From contig CAZAMA010000007.1 of NCBI GenBank assembly GCA_964485645.1, positions 1 through 52,159 on the forward strand: a stretch of 52,159 nt of DNA, in the 5' to 3' direction. This stretch comes from an uncultured Acidimicrobiaceae bacterium (GTDB lineage: Bacteria > Actinomycetota > Acidimicrobiia > Acidimicrobiales > Bog-793). Of this stretch, positions 35,619 through 43,870 are shown in pieces. A program made the translations under genes and the position numbers. Each line of letters begins with the position of its first letter. Position 1 is the stretch's first letter. The notes under the pieces are model-generated. The model did no database searches. It was not told where the DNA came from and worked only from the letters and a program-made list of their open reading frames with translations.

Positions 35619-36641
35619 TCACGCCGGGACCTTGATCTTGTTGTGCTCGATCGCCGTGATGAGCGCCAGCGCCTTGGCCTTCACCGATTTCGCCAGCTTG
35701 TAGCCGGAGTTGAACTGGATCTGCTCGCCGCCGTTGCCGAGCTTTAGGACATAGGTCGCGCCGCCGCGCTTTCCCGCGCGGATGTCCTTGATCATCGCGA
35801 CGAGCGTTGGCTTCCAGTTGTAGAGCTGGGAGGAGACGACGTTCTTCGGCGCCAGGACGGCCTGGGTCCACTGGGTCCCGAACCAAGGGATGTTGTCGGC
35901 TTTGGCTACACCGATAGCACCTACGACCGACTGCGAGCTGCCTGTGAGGACGTCCGCGCCGTCGGAGACGAACGTCTTCGCGGCAGTTGCCATGAGGCTG
36001 TCGTCGCTGAAGGAGCCCGTGTAGACCGTGTGAGCCGTGATCTTCTTGTCCTCCGCCTTGGCACCCGCGACGAAGCCGTCTACGTAGAGCTTCGCGTCGC
36101 CGGTCGCGATCGGTCCGATCACGCCGAGCACGTGGGACTTGGACAGCATGGCTCCCATGTAGCCCTGGACATAGCCGCCCTCGTTGGAGGCGGCCTCGTA
36201 GGCAAAGATGTTCTTCTTCCCGAACGTGGAGGCTGCCGTGCCCCAGGCGAAGGAGACCTTCGGGAACTGCGAGGCGAGAGCTTCCACGGTCGAGCCGTAC
36301 TGCGATCCGTGGGCAAGGATGAGGTTGTAGCCCTCGGAGGCGTACTCGCGGATGACATTTGCCGCGTCGGCGACGACGAACTCGTTCTCCGATACCGAGA
36401 TCTGCAGGTGCTGCGAGCTCTTGAGCGATTCGAGCGCGCTGTACATCGACTGGGTGAACGCGAGATCGTTCGTGGCGCTCGGCGCGACGAGGGCAACTCG
36501 CAGCACCTTTACCGATGCTGGGCGTGCGCTGGTCGACGGGCCCGGGCGGCCTGCGGCGCTACTGCTGCCCACGGCCATCGTGAGGGCCATGGCCACGACG
36601 GCGACCGGCACCGCGACCTTGCTTAATAGATGTGTTGGCAT
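35619..36641 (-). CDS. BMP-family (PnrA/Med-like) ABC substrate-binding protein, nucleoside type
   Basis: Signal peptide and the BMP pattern (VALVAPSATNDLAFTQS...GYNLILAHGSQYG...). Confidence 0.9.
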   Translation of the reverse strand: MPTHLLSKVAVPVAVVAMALTMAVGSSSAAGRPGPSTSARPASVKVLRVALVAPSATNDLAFTQSMYSALESLKSSQHLQISVSENEFVVADAANVIREYASEGYNLILAHGSQYGSTVEALASQFPKVSFAWGTAASTFGKKNIFAYEAASNEGGYVQGYMGAMLSKSHVLGVIGPIATGDAKLYVDGFVAGAKAEDKKITAHTVYTGSFSDDSLMATAAKTFVSDGADVLTGSSQSVVGAIGVAKADNIPWFGTQWTQAVLAPKNVVSSQLYNWKPTLVAMIKDIRAGKRGGATYVLKLGNGGEQIQFNSGYKLAKSVKAKALALITAIEHNKIKVPA

Positions 36642-36726
36642 TTGCTCTGTCTCCTTTTCGCTGGGTTCATCCGGGACTGCGGGTCAACTGCGGCCGGCGA
36701 TACCGACGTTGGGCTCGGTCGATGAG

Positions 36727-37659
36727 TCAGTCACCTCTCTCGTACGGCTTGCCGAGAACGGCGGGCTGGCGGAAGCGGCGCGCCACCAAGAGCAGCGTGA
36801 GGATGGTTATCACTGCCGGCGCGGTCGCCGCGAGATCCGAGGCGCTGAGCGGTATGATCCCGAGCGACTTCCAGGAGAGCACGACAGCGATCGCGAGGCC
36901 GTAGAGGACCGAGCCACCCATGACCCCGAGCGGGCGCCAGGCACCGAAGTAGACGAGGGCGACTGCGATGAAACCTTCGCTCTGGGTGAGGTTCTCCATG
37001 AATATCCCGTCGTAGAGCAGGAGCGCCGCTCCCGCGAGCCCTGCCATGGTGCAGCCGATGAGGACTGTCGACCAGCGGATGCGAGCGACGCTTATGCCGA
37101 CGGTGTCGGCGGCGGAGGGGTTCTCGCCTGCCGCGCGGATCTTGAGGCCGTAGGTCGTGCGGTTGAGCACGAAGGTGAAGACAGGCACGAGAACAAAGGC
37201 CAGGTAGACGAGGATCGTCTGCTTGAACAACATCGCACCGACCGCGGGTATCTGGTCGAGCAGCGGGATGCCGATCGGTGACAGCTGGGATATCGGCAGC
37301 GGTGTGCCTACGAGCTTCAGGAAGAGAAGGTCACTCAGTCCGAGCCCGAACAGGTAGACCCCGATTCCGCTGATGCCCTGCTCTGCTTTCAAGGTGACGC
37401 TTATGAAGGCGGTGATCACTCCCATGACGAGCCCGACGCCCGCACCGGCGAGCACTGCAAATACGAGGTTGCCGGTCTTGAGCGCAGTGAAGTAGGTGGC
37501 AAAGGCGGACAGCAGCATGATCCCGTCGACACCGAGGTTGATGACTCCACTGCGCTGGCCCATGGTCTCGCCGAGGGCGGCGAAGAGGAAGGAGCTGGAC
37601 AGGGCGATTGCCGCAGCCACGGTGGAGGTGAGGACCGCGTAGGTGAAGAAGTGGTCCAC
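36727..37659 (-). CDS. ABC permease (BMP/CUT2 system, second membrane component)
   Basis: Multi-TM BPD_transp_2-like profile. Starts 4 nt downstream of the preceding permease stop. Confidence 0.85.
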   Translation of the reverse strand: MDHFFTYAVLTSTVAAAIALSSSFLFAALGETMGQRSGVINLGVDGIMLLSAFATYFTALKTGNLVFAVLAGAGVGLVMGVITAFISVTLKAEQGISGIGVYLFGLGLSDLLFLKLVGTPLPISQLSPIGIPLLDQIPAVGAMLFKQTILVYLAFVLVPVFTFVLNRTTYGLKIRAAGENPSAADTVGISVARIRWSTVLIGCTMAGLAGAALLLYDGIFMENLTQSEGFIAVALVYFGAWRPLGVMGGSVLYGLAIAVVLSWKSLGIIPLSASDLAATAPAVITILTLLLVARRFRQPAVLGKPYERGD

Positions 37660-37662
37660 GAG

Positions 37663-38907
37663 TCAACCCCCTTCGCGCGATGCGGGAGCCGCGGGCGCAA
37701 GTGATGCGGGAGCCGCGGGCGCAAGTGATGCGGGAGCCGCGGGCGCAAGTGATGCGGGAGCCGCGGGCGCAAGCGATGCGGGAGCCGCGGGCGCAAGCGA
37801 TGCCGTACGGGCTCGCCTGCGCATGTACTCGAGGGACACGACGAAGACCACGACCAGGCCCTCGAGGGTCGTCACGAGGTCCGGGGGCACCCCGGTGGCG
37901 ACCTGCAGAGCGTCTCCGCCGGTGAGCAGCCCCCCGAAGAGGAAGGACGAGATGATGCTCCATAGCGGGCTCAGCCCCCCGAAGAGGGCCACTACTATCC
38001 CGTTGAAGCCGTCGGACCCGGTGAATCCGGTCAGGCTCCCGTCGGTGACCATACGGTGGGCGAGGCTGCCGAACACGAGCATCGCGCCGCCCATGCCGCA
38101 CATCGCGCCGCTCAACGTCATCGCCAGCACCATCGTCCGCTTGACCTTGATGCCGGCGTAGTTCGAAGCGTCCCGTGACATCCCGACGGCCCGCAGCCGA
38201 AAGCCCAGGCCGGTGTGCCAGAGGAGCACGTAGGTCCCGACCGCCGCGAGCACGGCGACGAGCACGCCCAGGTTCAGCTGGGTCCCCGGGACGAGGATGG
38301 GCAGCCACGAGCTGTGGGGGAGAAGCCGCGTCTCGGGAATGAGACCGAAGGTCGAGTTCTGGGTGGTGTCCACCAAGGGTCCAGCCAGGAGGTAGTTCAT
38401 GAGCTGTACGGCCACGAGGTTGAGCATGATCGTGCTGAGGATCTCGTTCACGTTGAAGTACGCCTTGAACGCTCCCGGGATGGCACCCCAGCCAGCGCCA
38501 CCAGCCGCCCCGGCGAGGAGCACGAGAGGTATGAGCACGATGCTCGGCAGGTTCGGCAGCGCGAGCGCGGTCGCCGCGCTTGCGAGGCCACCCATAGCCA
38601 GCTGGCCCTCCCCCCCGATGTTGAACATGCTGGCGCGAAACGAGATGCAGATCCCGACCCCGACGAAGAGCAGCGGCCCGGCTCTCGCGGCGCTCGCGCC
38701 GAGCGCGTAGCTCCCGACGAAGGCCCCGTCGAAGAGGGCGTGGTAGCCCGATATCGGGTTCACGCCGAGAAGCAGCATCATGACCGCTCCGAGCAGGAGT
38801 GCCGCGAGCAGCGAGGCGGGCAGCGCGAACCAGCTGAGGATGATGGTCTCCCAGCTGACGCGCCGCGCTGCGAGCCCTACTTGCGGCTCTGCACCCCCTG
38901 CCGGCAT
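37663..38907 (-). CDS. ABC permease (BMP/CUT2 system, first membrane component) with a repeat-containing C-terminal tail
   Basis: Multi-TM profile. The C-terminus is 5 x SLAPAAPA, encoded by the 24-nt tandem repeat. Confidence 0.85.
   Translation of the reverse strand: MPAGGAEPQVGLAARRVSWETIILSWFALPASLLAALLLGAVMMLLLGVNPISGYHALFDGAFVGSYALGASAARAGPLLFVGVGICISFRASMFNIGGEGQLAMGGLASAATALALPNLPSIVLIPLVLLAGAAGGAGWGAIPGAFKAYFNVNEILSTIMLNLVAVQLMNYLLAGPLVDTTQNSTFGLIPETRLLPHSSWLPILVPGTQLNLGVLVAVLAAVGTYVLLWHTGLGFRLRAVGMSRDASNYAGIKVKRTMVLAMTLSGAMCGMGGAMLVFGSLAHRMVTDGSLTGFTGSDGFNGIVVALFGGLSPLWSIISSFLFGGLLTGGDALQVATGVPPDLVTTLEGLVVVFVVSLEYMRRRARTASLAPAAPASLAPAAPASLAPAAPASLAPAAPASLAPAAPASREGG
37679..37803. 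repeat. In-frame tandem repeat, 24 nt x 5.2 (GATGCGGGAGCCGCGGGCGCAAGT/C)
   Basis: Read directly. Copies 1-3 are identical. Copies 4-5 differ only at the last base (T to C). Confidence 0.95.
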
Positions 38908-39091
38908 CGAATTCCTCCTAAGCCTCGCCTGGCCCTATCTCGCGCTCTCGGTGCCCGAGCTGGGACCCTGCTTGGTCGACAGAGGAAAGGCTAAGGAAAG
39001 CCGTCACGGCCACAAAGGGCCGAAGGACCCTTTTAGCGGGCCTCCAGCGCGCCGTTGGGCGCTTGGAGCCGGCCGGTGGGACAATGGGCAC

Positions 39092-41704
39092 ATGACCGAG
39101 TTCACCCTCAATGGAAAGCTGGTCGAAGTCGGCGAGCACGCCAATCTCCTCGCCGCGCTGCGCGAGGAGCTGGACATCACGTCGCCAAAGGACGGGTGCT
39201 CACCGTCGGGACAGTGCGGTTGCTGCACGGTGCTCGTGGACGGCAAGGCTCTGATCAGCTGCAGCGTCTCGCTCGCCCGGGTCGCCGGCAAGTCGGTGAC
39301 GACGCTCGAGGGCTTCGAAGCGACAGAGCGCGAGCGCTTCGCGCGGGCTTTCTCGTCGACGGGCGCCCTGCAGTGCGGTTTCTGCACGCCCGGGATCGTG
39401 GTGCGCCTCAAGGCCCTCTTGGACAAGAAGGGCACCGACCTGACGCGAGAAGACGCCGCCCGCCATCTCGGTGCTCATCTCTGCCGCTGCACGGGCTACG
39501 CGAAGATCCTCGACGCGGTCGAGCTGCTCGCGAGCGGAGCTCCGATTGACGCCCCGGCCGACGCGGGAAGCGGGGCAGGCGGCAAGGGCGGCGGCGGATC
39601 CGGCATCGGAGCCCGGGTGCCGAAGTACGAGAGCCTCGAGCTCGCTCTTGGCGATCGGGCTTACGTGGACGATCTCCGCGTGCCCGGGATGCTGCATGGG
39701 GCGCTTCGGCTGGCCGATCATGCCCGGGCCGACGTCGTGGCGATAAAGACGGCTGCGGCTCTTGATGCCCCGGGCGTCGAGGCGGTCTTCACTGCCGCAG
39801 ACGTTCCCGGGGCCCTGCGAGTCGGCATCATCGAGACCGACTGGCCCGTCTTCATTCCTGCAGGAGGTCGGACCTCGTATCTCGGCGACGTGCTCGCTCT
39901 GGTGGTCGCGAGGTCGGTAGCCGAGGCTCGCGCTGCCGCGAAGCTCGTCGAGGTCGAGTACCGGCCGCTGCGGCCCATCACAGACGCCGTCGCGGCTCTC
40001 GAGGACGCCGAGGACGCCGTCTGGCAGCTCGACGGCAACGTCCTCTCCCGGTCGAACTACCGCCGCGGCGACGTCGATGCCGCTCTGGCTGCATCGGCGC
40101 ACACGGTGCACGAGGTCTTCCAGACCCAGCGAGTCGAGCACGCGTTCTTGGAGCCGGAGTCGACGCTCGCGGTGCCCGAGGCTGACGGCGTGCTCAGGGT
40201 CTACTCCGGCGGTCAGGGAACCTGGGACGATCGCAACCAGATCGCTTCGGTTCTGGGCGTCGCCGAGGACCGTGTCGTGGTCGAGCAGGTCTCGAACGGC
40301 GGGGCCTTCGGGGGCAAGGAGGACATGGCCAACCAGGCTCAGACCGCGCTTGGCGCGTTCCTCCTCGATCGACCGGTGAAGTGCACGCTCTCGCGCGAGG
40401 AGTCCTTTCTCCTGCACCCCAAACGCCACCCGATCCGCCTCGAGTACTGGGCCGGATGCGATTCGCGCGGAGTGCTGAGCGCGATCAGGGCGCGCATGGT
40501 AGGTGACTCGGGACCGTACGCCTCGGTCGGCATGAAGGTCCTCGAGCGAGCCGCAGGTCACGCGTCGGGGCCCTATACCGTACCCGCCATCGACGTCGAG
40601 TCGGTGGCGGTGCGCACCAACAACTCGGTTTGCGGGGCATTTCGTGGCTTTGGCGCGAACCAGGCGCAGTTCGCGATGGAAGGCGTCATGGACCGGCTCG
40701 CCGAGAAGGTCGGCATCTCGGGACTAGAGATTCGCCGCCGCAACGCGATCGGGCCCGGCTGTCTCTGGGGGCCGGGCCAGGAGATGGACGACGGCTCACG
40801 CGGGGTGCTCGCGTGCCTGGAGGCGGTCGCGCCGGCCTACGAGGCCGCTGTCGCCGCGGGCAAGGCTGTCGGCCTTGGCCTCGGCATAAAGAACGCCGGT
40901 CTCGGCAACGGCCTCGAGGAGATCGCCGAGGCGGTCGTGCGTTTCGACGAGACCGGTGGAGTCGAGGTGAGGCACTGCTGGACCGAGATGGGTCAGGGCA
41001 TCCACACCGTCGCCCTGCAGGTGGCGGTCGAGGAGCTCGGAGTCGATCCGGCAAGGGTCCGAGTCGTCGTCGACACGACACGAGAGATCGGGGCCGGCCA
41101 GACGACCGGCTCCCGAGGCACGATGCTCGGTGCCGGCGCTATCGCGGACGCGTGCCGGAACGCGCTCGGCGACGGGTGCAAGCCCGGGATCGACTACAAG
41201 GGCGAGTTCCGCATCAACTGGACCAACTCGCTCTACGAGGGAGTCGAGAAGCCGGTCATCCACTCGGCCTTCTCCTACGCGGCGCAGCTGGTGGTGATCG
41301 ATCGTGAGACGAGCGGGATCGAGAAGGTCGTCGCGGTCCACGACGTCGGGCGTGCGGTCAACCCCATGCTGTGCGAGGGCCAGATAGAAGGAGCGGTGCA
41401 CATGGGGCTCGGCTATGCGCTGTCCGAGGAGTTCCCGACCGACAGCGAGGGACGCCCGACCCACATGACGCTTCGGAGCCTCGGAATCCTTCGGGCAAAG
41501 GACGTTCCCTTGATCGAGCCGCTGCTCGTCGAGGTCCCGCAACCCCGCAGCCCGTATGGCATAAAGGGGATGGGCGAGATCGGCCTCGTACCGACTGCCG
41601 GCGCGGTGGCCGCGGCACTCCACGATCTCGACGGCGAGTGGAGGGTCACTCTCCCCATGCGATTTGCGGCAGGCGTGGCCTCGGCAAGTGGGCCGGAGGA
41701 CTGA
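39092..41704 (+). CDS. Xanthine-dehydrogenase-family molybdoenzyme with fused N-terminal double [2Fe-2S] domain and no FAD domain (XdhD / Mop-like architecture)
   Basis: CSPSGQCGCC...C and CGFCTPG...CRCTGY Fe-S motifs, a Gly-rich linker, and a Mo domain with GGAFGGKE and KGMGE. ATG 39092 lies within the longer ORF 38780..41704. Confidence 0.85.
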   Translation: MTEFTLNGKLVEVGEHANLLAALREELDITSPKDGCSPSGQCGCCTVLVDGKALISCSVSLARVAGKSVTTLEGFEATERERFARAFSSTGALQCGFCTPGIVVRLKALLDKKGTDLTREDAARHLGAHLCRCTGYAKILDAVELLASGAPIDAPADAGSGAGGKGGGGSGIGARVPKYESLELALGDRAYVDDLRVPGMLHGALRLADHARADVVAIKTAAALDAPGVEAVFTAADVPGALRVGIIETDWPVFIPAGGRTSYLGDVLALVVARSVAEARAAAKLVEVEYRPLRPITDAVAALEDAEDAVWQLDGNVLSRSNYRRGDVDAALAASAHTVHEVFQTQRVEHAFLEPESTLAVPEADGVLRVYSGGQGTWDDRNQIASVLGVAEDRVVVEQVSNGGAFGGKEDMANQAQTALGAFLLDRPVKCTLSREESFLLHPKRHPIRLEYWAGCDSRGVLSAIRARMVGDSGPYASVGMKVLERAAGHASGPYTVPAIDVESVAVRTNNSVCGAFRGFGANQAQFAMEGVMDRLAEKVGISGLEIRRRNAIGPGCLWGPGQEMDDGSRGVLACLEAVAPAYEAAVAAGKAVGLGLGIKNAGLGNGLEEIAEAVVRFDETGGVEVRHCWTEMGQGIHTVALQVAVEELGVDPARVRVVVDTTREIGAGQTTGSRGTMLGAGAIADACRNALGDGCKPGIDYKGEFRINWTNSLYEGVEKPVIHSAFSYAAQLVVIDRETSGIEKVVAVHDVGRAVNPMLCEGQIEGAVHMGLGYALSEEFPTDSEGRPTHMTLRSLGILRAKDVPLIEPLLVEVPQPRSPYGIKGMGEIGLVPTAGAVAAALHDLDGEWRVTLPMRFAAGVASASGPED

Positions 41705-41707
41705 GCC

Positions 41708-42730
41708 ATGTCCAGCAGCTCTGAGACTCCTGGCCTCGTCTGTGCTCACCACCACCTCTACTCGACTCTCGCTCGTGGGATGCCGGCTCCTCCACGGGTG
41801 CCTCACGACTTCACCTCGATTCTCGAGCTCGTCTGGTGGCGGCTCGACAGAGCTCTCGATTTCGAGATGATCCGCTGGTCTGCCATGCTCGGCGCTCTCG
41901 AGGCCCTCGAGCGCGGCACGACTGCCATCGTCGACCACCATGCCTCGCCCAATGCCATCGAGGGCTCGCTCGATGTCGTCGCCCAGGCCTGCGAGGCGGT
42001 CGGGGTGAGGTCGTCGTGCTGCTACGAGGTCACCGACCGTAACGGTGCAGCCGGCATGGAGGCGGGGCTCGCCGAGAACGAGCGTTTCCTGAAGGCGGGT
42101 GGCAAGGGCTTTGTCGGGGCGCACGCATGCTTCACGCTCTCTGAGGCGAGTCTCGAGGCGGTGGCGGGCCTCGCGTCCGATCTCGGGACCGGCGTGCACA
42201 TCCATGTCTGCGAGGGCAGCGTCGACGACAAAGCCGGGGAGAGGCTCGAGAAACTTGCTCAGGACAGCTGGCTGCTGGCGCACTGCGTCCATCTGGATCG
42301 CCCGCTGCGCGGCACCATCGCGCACAACCCGCGCTCGAACATGAACAACGCCGTCGGCTACGCCCGCCCGGCGCGATGGCACAACACCGTCGCGCTCGGC
42401 TCCGATGGCATCGGCGCCGACATGCTCGAAGAGTTCCGCATCGCCTATGTGCGCCATCGGGAGGACGACGTGACGGCGACGCCGCTCTCGGCGTGGTCGT
42501 GGCTTGAGGGTGGATACGAGCTCGTGCCGGAAGCCAGGACCGACACGGTGACGTGGAGCTATGAGCCAGTGGATCCTTGGCACCTCGCTTTCACGCCAGG
42601 TGTCCGGCCGCTCGAGGTGACAGTCGGCGGCGAGGTGGTCCTGCGGGACGGCCTGCCGACGAAGGTGGATCCACTGGAGGTGAGAGCCCGTGCTCGCGAG
42701 CAGGCTGCTCGGCTCTTCGCTCTTCTTTGA
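41708..42730 (+). CDS. SsnA-like amidohydrolase (short form)
   Basis: CAHHHLYS, LVWWRLDRALD, IVDHHASP and HNPRSNMNNAVGY. These match my recollection of E. coli SsnA. Only 340 aa; starts 3 nt after the XdhD-like stop. Confidence 0.8.
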   Translation: MSSSSETPGLVCAHHHLYSTLARGMPAPPRVPHDFTSILELVWWRLDRALDFEMIRWSAMLGALEALERGTTAIVDHHASPNAIEGSLDVVAQACEAVGVRSSCCYEVTDRNGAAGMEAGLAENERFLKAGGKGFVGAHACFTLSEASLEAVAGLASDLGTGVHIHVCEGSVDDKAGERLEKLAQDSWLLAHCVHLDRPLRGTIAHNPRSNMNNAVGYARPARWHNTVALGSDGIGADMLEEFRIAYVRHREDDVTATPLSAWSWLEGGYELVPEARTDTVTWSYEPVDPWHLAFTPGVRPLEVTVGGEVVLRDGLPTKVDPLEVRARAREQAARLFALL

Positions 42731-42787
42731 CCTGCAGACACATCCGGTGGCATTTCGTCTCGCCGCGGGCGCGGCTGTAGCCCGGCG

Positions 42788-43822
42788 GTGATGGCGCGCC
42801 CGCACGTGCTCGTGACGAGGCGACTGCCTCTTGCGGTCATGGACCGACTGGCCCTGCACTGCCAGGTGTACTGCTGGCCCGAGAGCACTGCGATGCCTCG
42901 CGACGTGCTGCTCGACTTGGCGAGCGGGCAGCAGGCCCTCGTCACGGTGCTCACGGACCGGGTGGACGCGGACCTGCTCGAGGCCGCGGGCCAGCAGCTC
43001 CGCATCGTCGCGAACTACGCCGTGGGGTTCGACAACATCGACGTTGCCGCTTGCAGCGAGCGCTCGGTGATGGTCACCAACACCCCCGACGTCCTCACCG
43101 AGGCCACCGCCGACATGGCCTTTGCCCTGATGATGGCTGCCGCGCGAAGGGTGGTCGAGGGCGACGGCCTGTTGCGCTCGACCGCTTTGTGGCTCTGGGG
43201 CCCCGAGATGATGCTGGGGCAGGACGTCTACGGAAGGACCCTCGGGATCATCGGGTTGGGGCGGATCGGCAGAGCGGTCGCCGCGAGGGCGGCTGGCTTC
43301 TCGATGCAGGTCGTGCACCACAATCCCGTCCGCTCCGCGCCACTTGCAGGCGCCGGGGCCCCACCTCTCGGCTCCGGCGCCGGACCACCGGGCTCGGAGT
43401 CGGTGGACTTGGAGCATCTCCTCGCCGTCTCGGACTTCGTCTCCATCCACGTCCGGCTGAGCGACGAGACGCACCATCTGATCAACGCCGAGCGGCTTTT
43501 GCTGATGAAGCCGACGGCCGTGCTCGTGAACACCTCACGCGGTCCCGTCGTCGACGAGGAAGCCCTTGCAGACGCGCTCGAGAGCGGTCGTCTCTTCGCC
43601 GCGGGCCTCGACGTGTTCGAGCGCGAGCCGGTGGTGTCGCCGCGACTGCTCGCGCAGTCGCGAGCCGTGCTGAGCCCGCATCTCGGAAGTGCGACTGTCA
43701 GCACGAGAGTGGCCATGGGCATGCTGGCGGTCGAAAACGTCCTTGCAGCCCTCTCCGGCCAGCGGCCCCCGACGCTTCTCAACAGCGAGGTCTGGGAGCG
43801 GTCGCAGCCGGGCGAACCGTGA
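42788..43822 (+). CDS. D-2-hydroxyacid dehydrogenase (glyoxylate/hydroxypyruvate reductase-like)
   Basis: GIIGLGRIGRAVA NAD fold, VNTSRG and a catalytic H in LSPHLGSAT. There is a Gly/Pro/Ala-rich insertion after HHNP. Confidence 0.85.
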   Translation: MMARPHVLVTRRLPLAVMDRLALHCQVYCWPESTAMPRDVLLDLASGQQALVTVLTDRVDADLLEAAGQQLRIVANYAVGFDNIDVAACSERSVMVTNTPDVLTEATADMAFALMMAAARRVVEGDGLLRSTALWLWGPEMMLGQDVYGRTLGIIGLGRIGRAVAARAAGFSMQVVHHNPVRSAPLAGAGAPPLGSGAGPPGSESVDLEHLLAVSDFVSIHVRLSDETHHLINAERLLLMKPTAVLVNTSRGPVVDEEALADALESGRLFAAGLDVFEREPVVSPRLLAQSRAVLSPHLGSATVSTRVAMGMLAVENVLAALSGQRPPTLLNSEVWERSQPGEP

Positions 43823-43870
43823 TCGATCCGAGCGCGCCCAGGTGGGCCACCGAGCCGATACCTTGCTCTT

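Noticed and set aside
38780-39091. N-terminal 104-aa extension of the XdhD-like ORF, and the similar upstream extensions of ORFs 7054, 11382, 11993, 12775, 15241, 24659, 27128, 28549, 32013 and 43689.
   Set aside because: The extensions overlap neighbouring genes or intergenic promoters and lack family-typical sequence. Internal ATG/GTG codons with RBS-like purine tracts, or stop-start overlaps, give proteins of the normal family length.
39092-41704. Possible in-frame UGA selenocysteine recoding in the XdhD-like enzyme or other redox enzymes, since purinolytic Mo enzymes can be Se-dependent.
   Set aside because: All the relevant ORFs are continuous without internal stops. Selenium in XDH-type enzymes is a labile cofactor ligand, not Sec, so nothing in the sequence can show it.
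40796-43477. Very long antisense ORF (893 aa, minus strand) spanning the XdhD-like, SsnA-like and dehydrogenase genes. Similar cases: 5576..7111 (511 aa), 15871..17409 (512 aa), 32619..34313 (564 aa), 45937..48237 (766 aa), 39200..40561 (453 aa), 27844..29181 (445 aa), 8320..9357 (345 aa).
   Set aside because: These translations are Arg/Pro/Gly/Asp-rich with no recognisable motifs. They lie opposite ORFs with clear family signatures. They are the shadow frames expected in high-GC DNA, where stop codons are rare.
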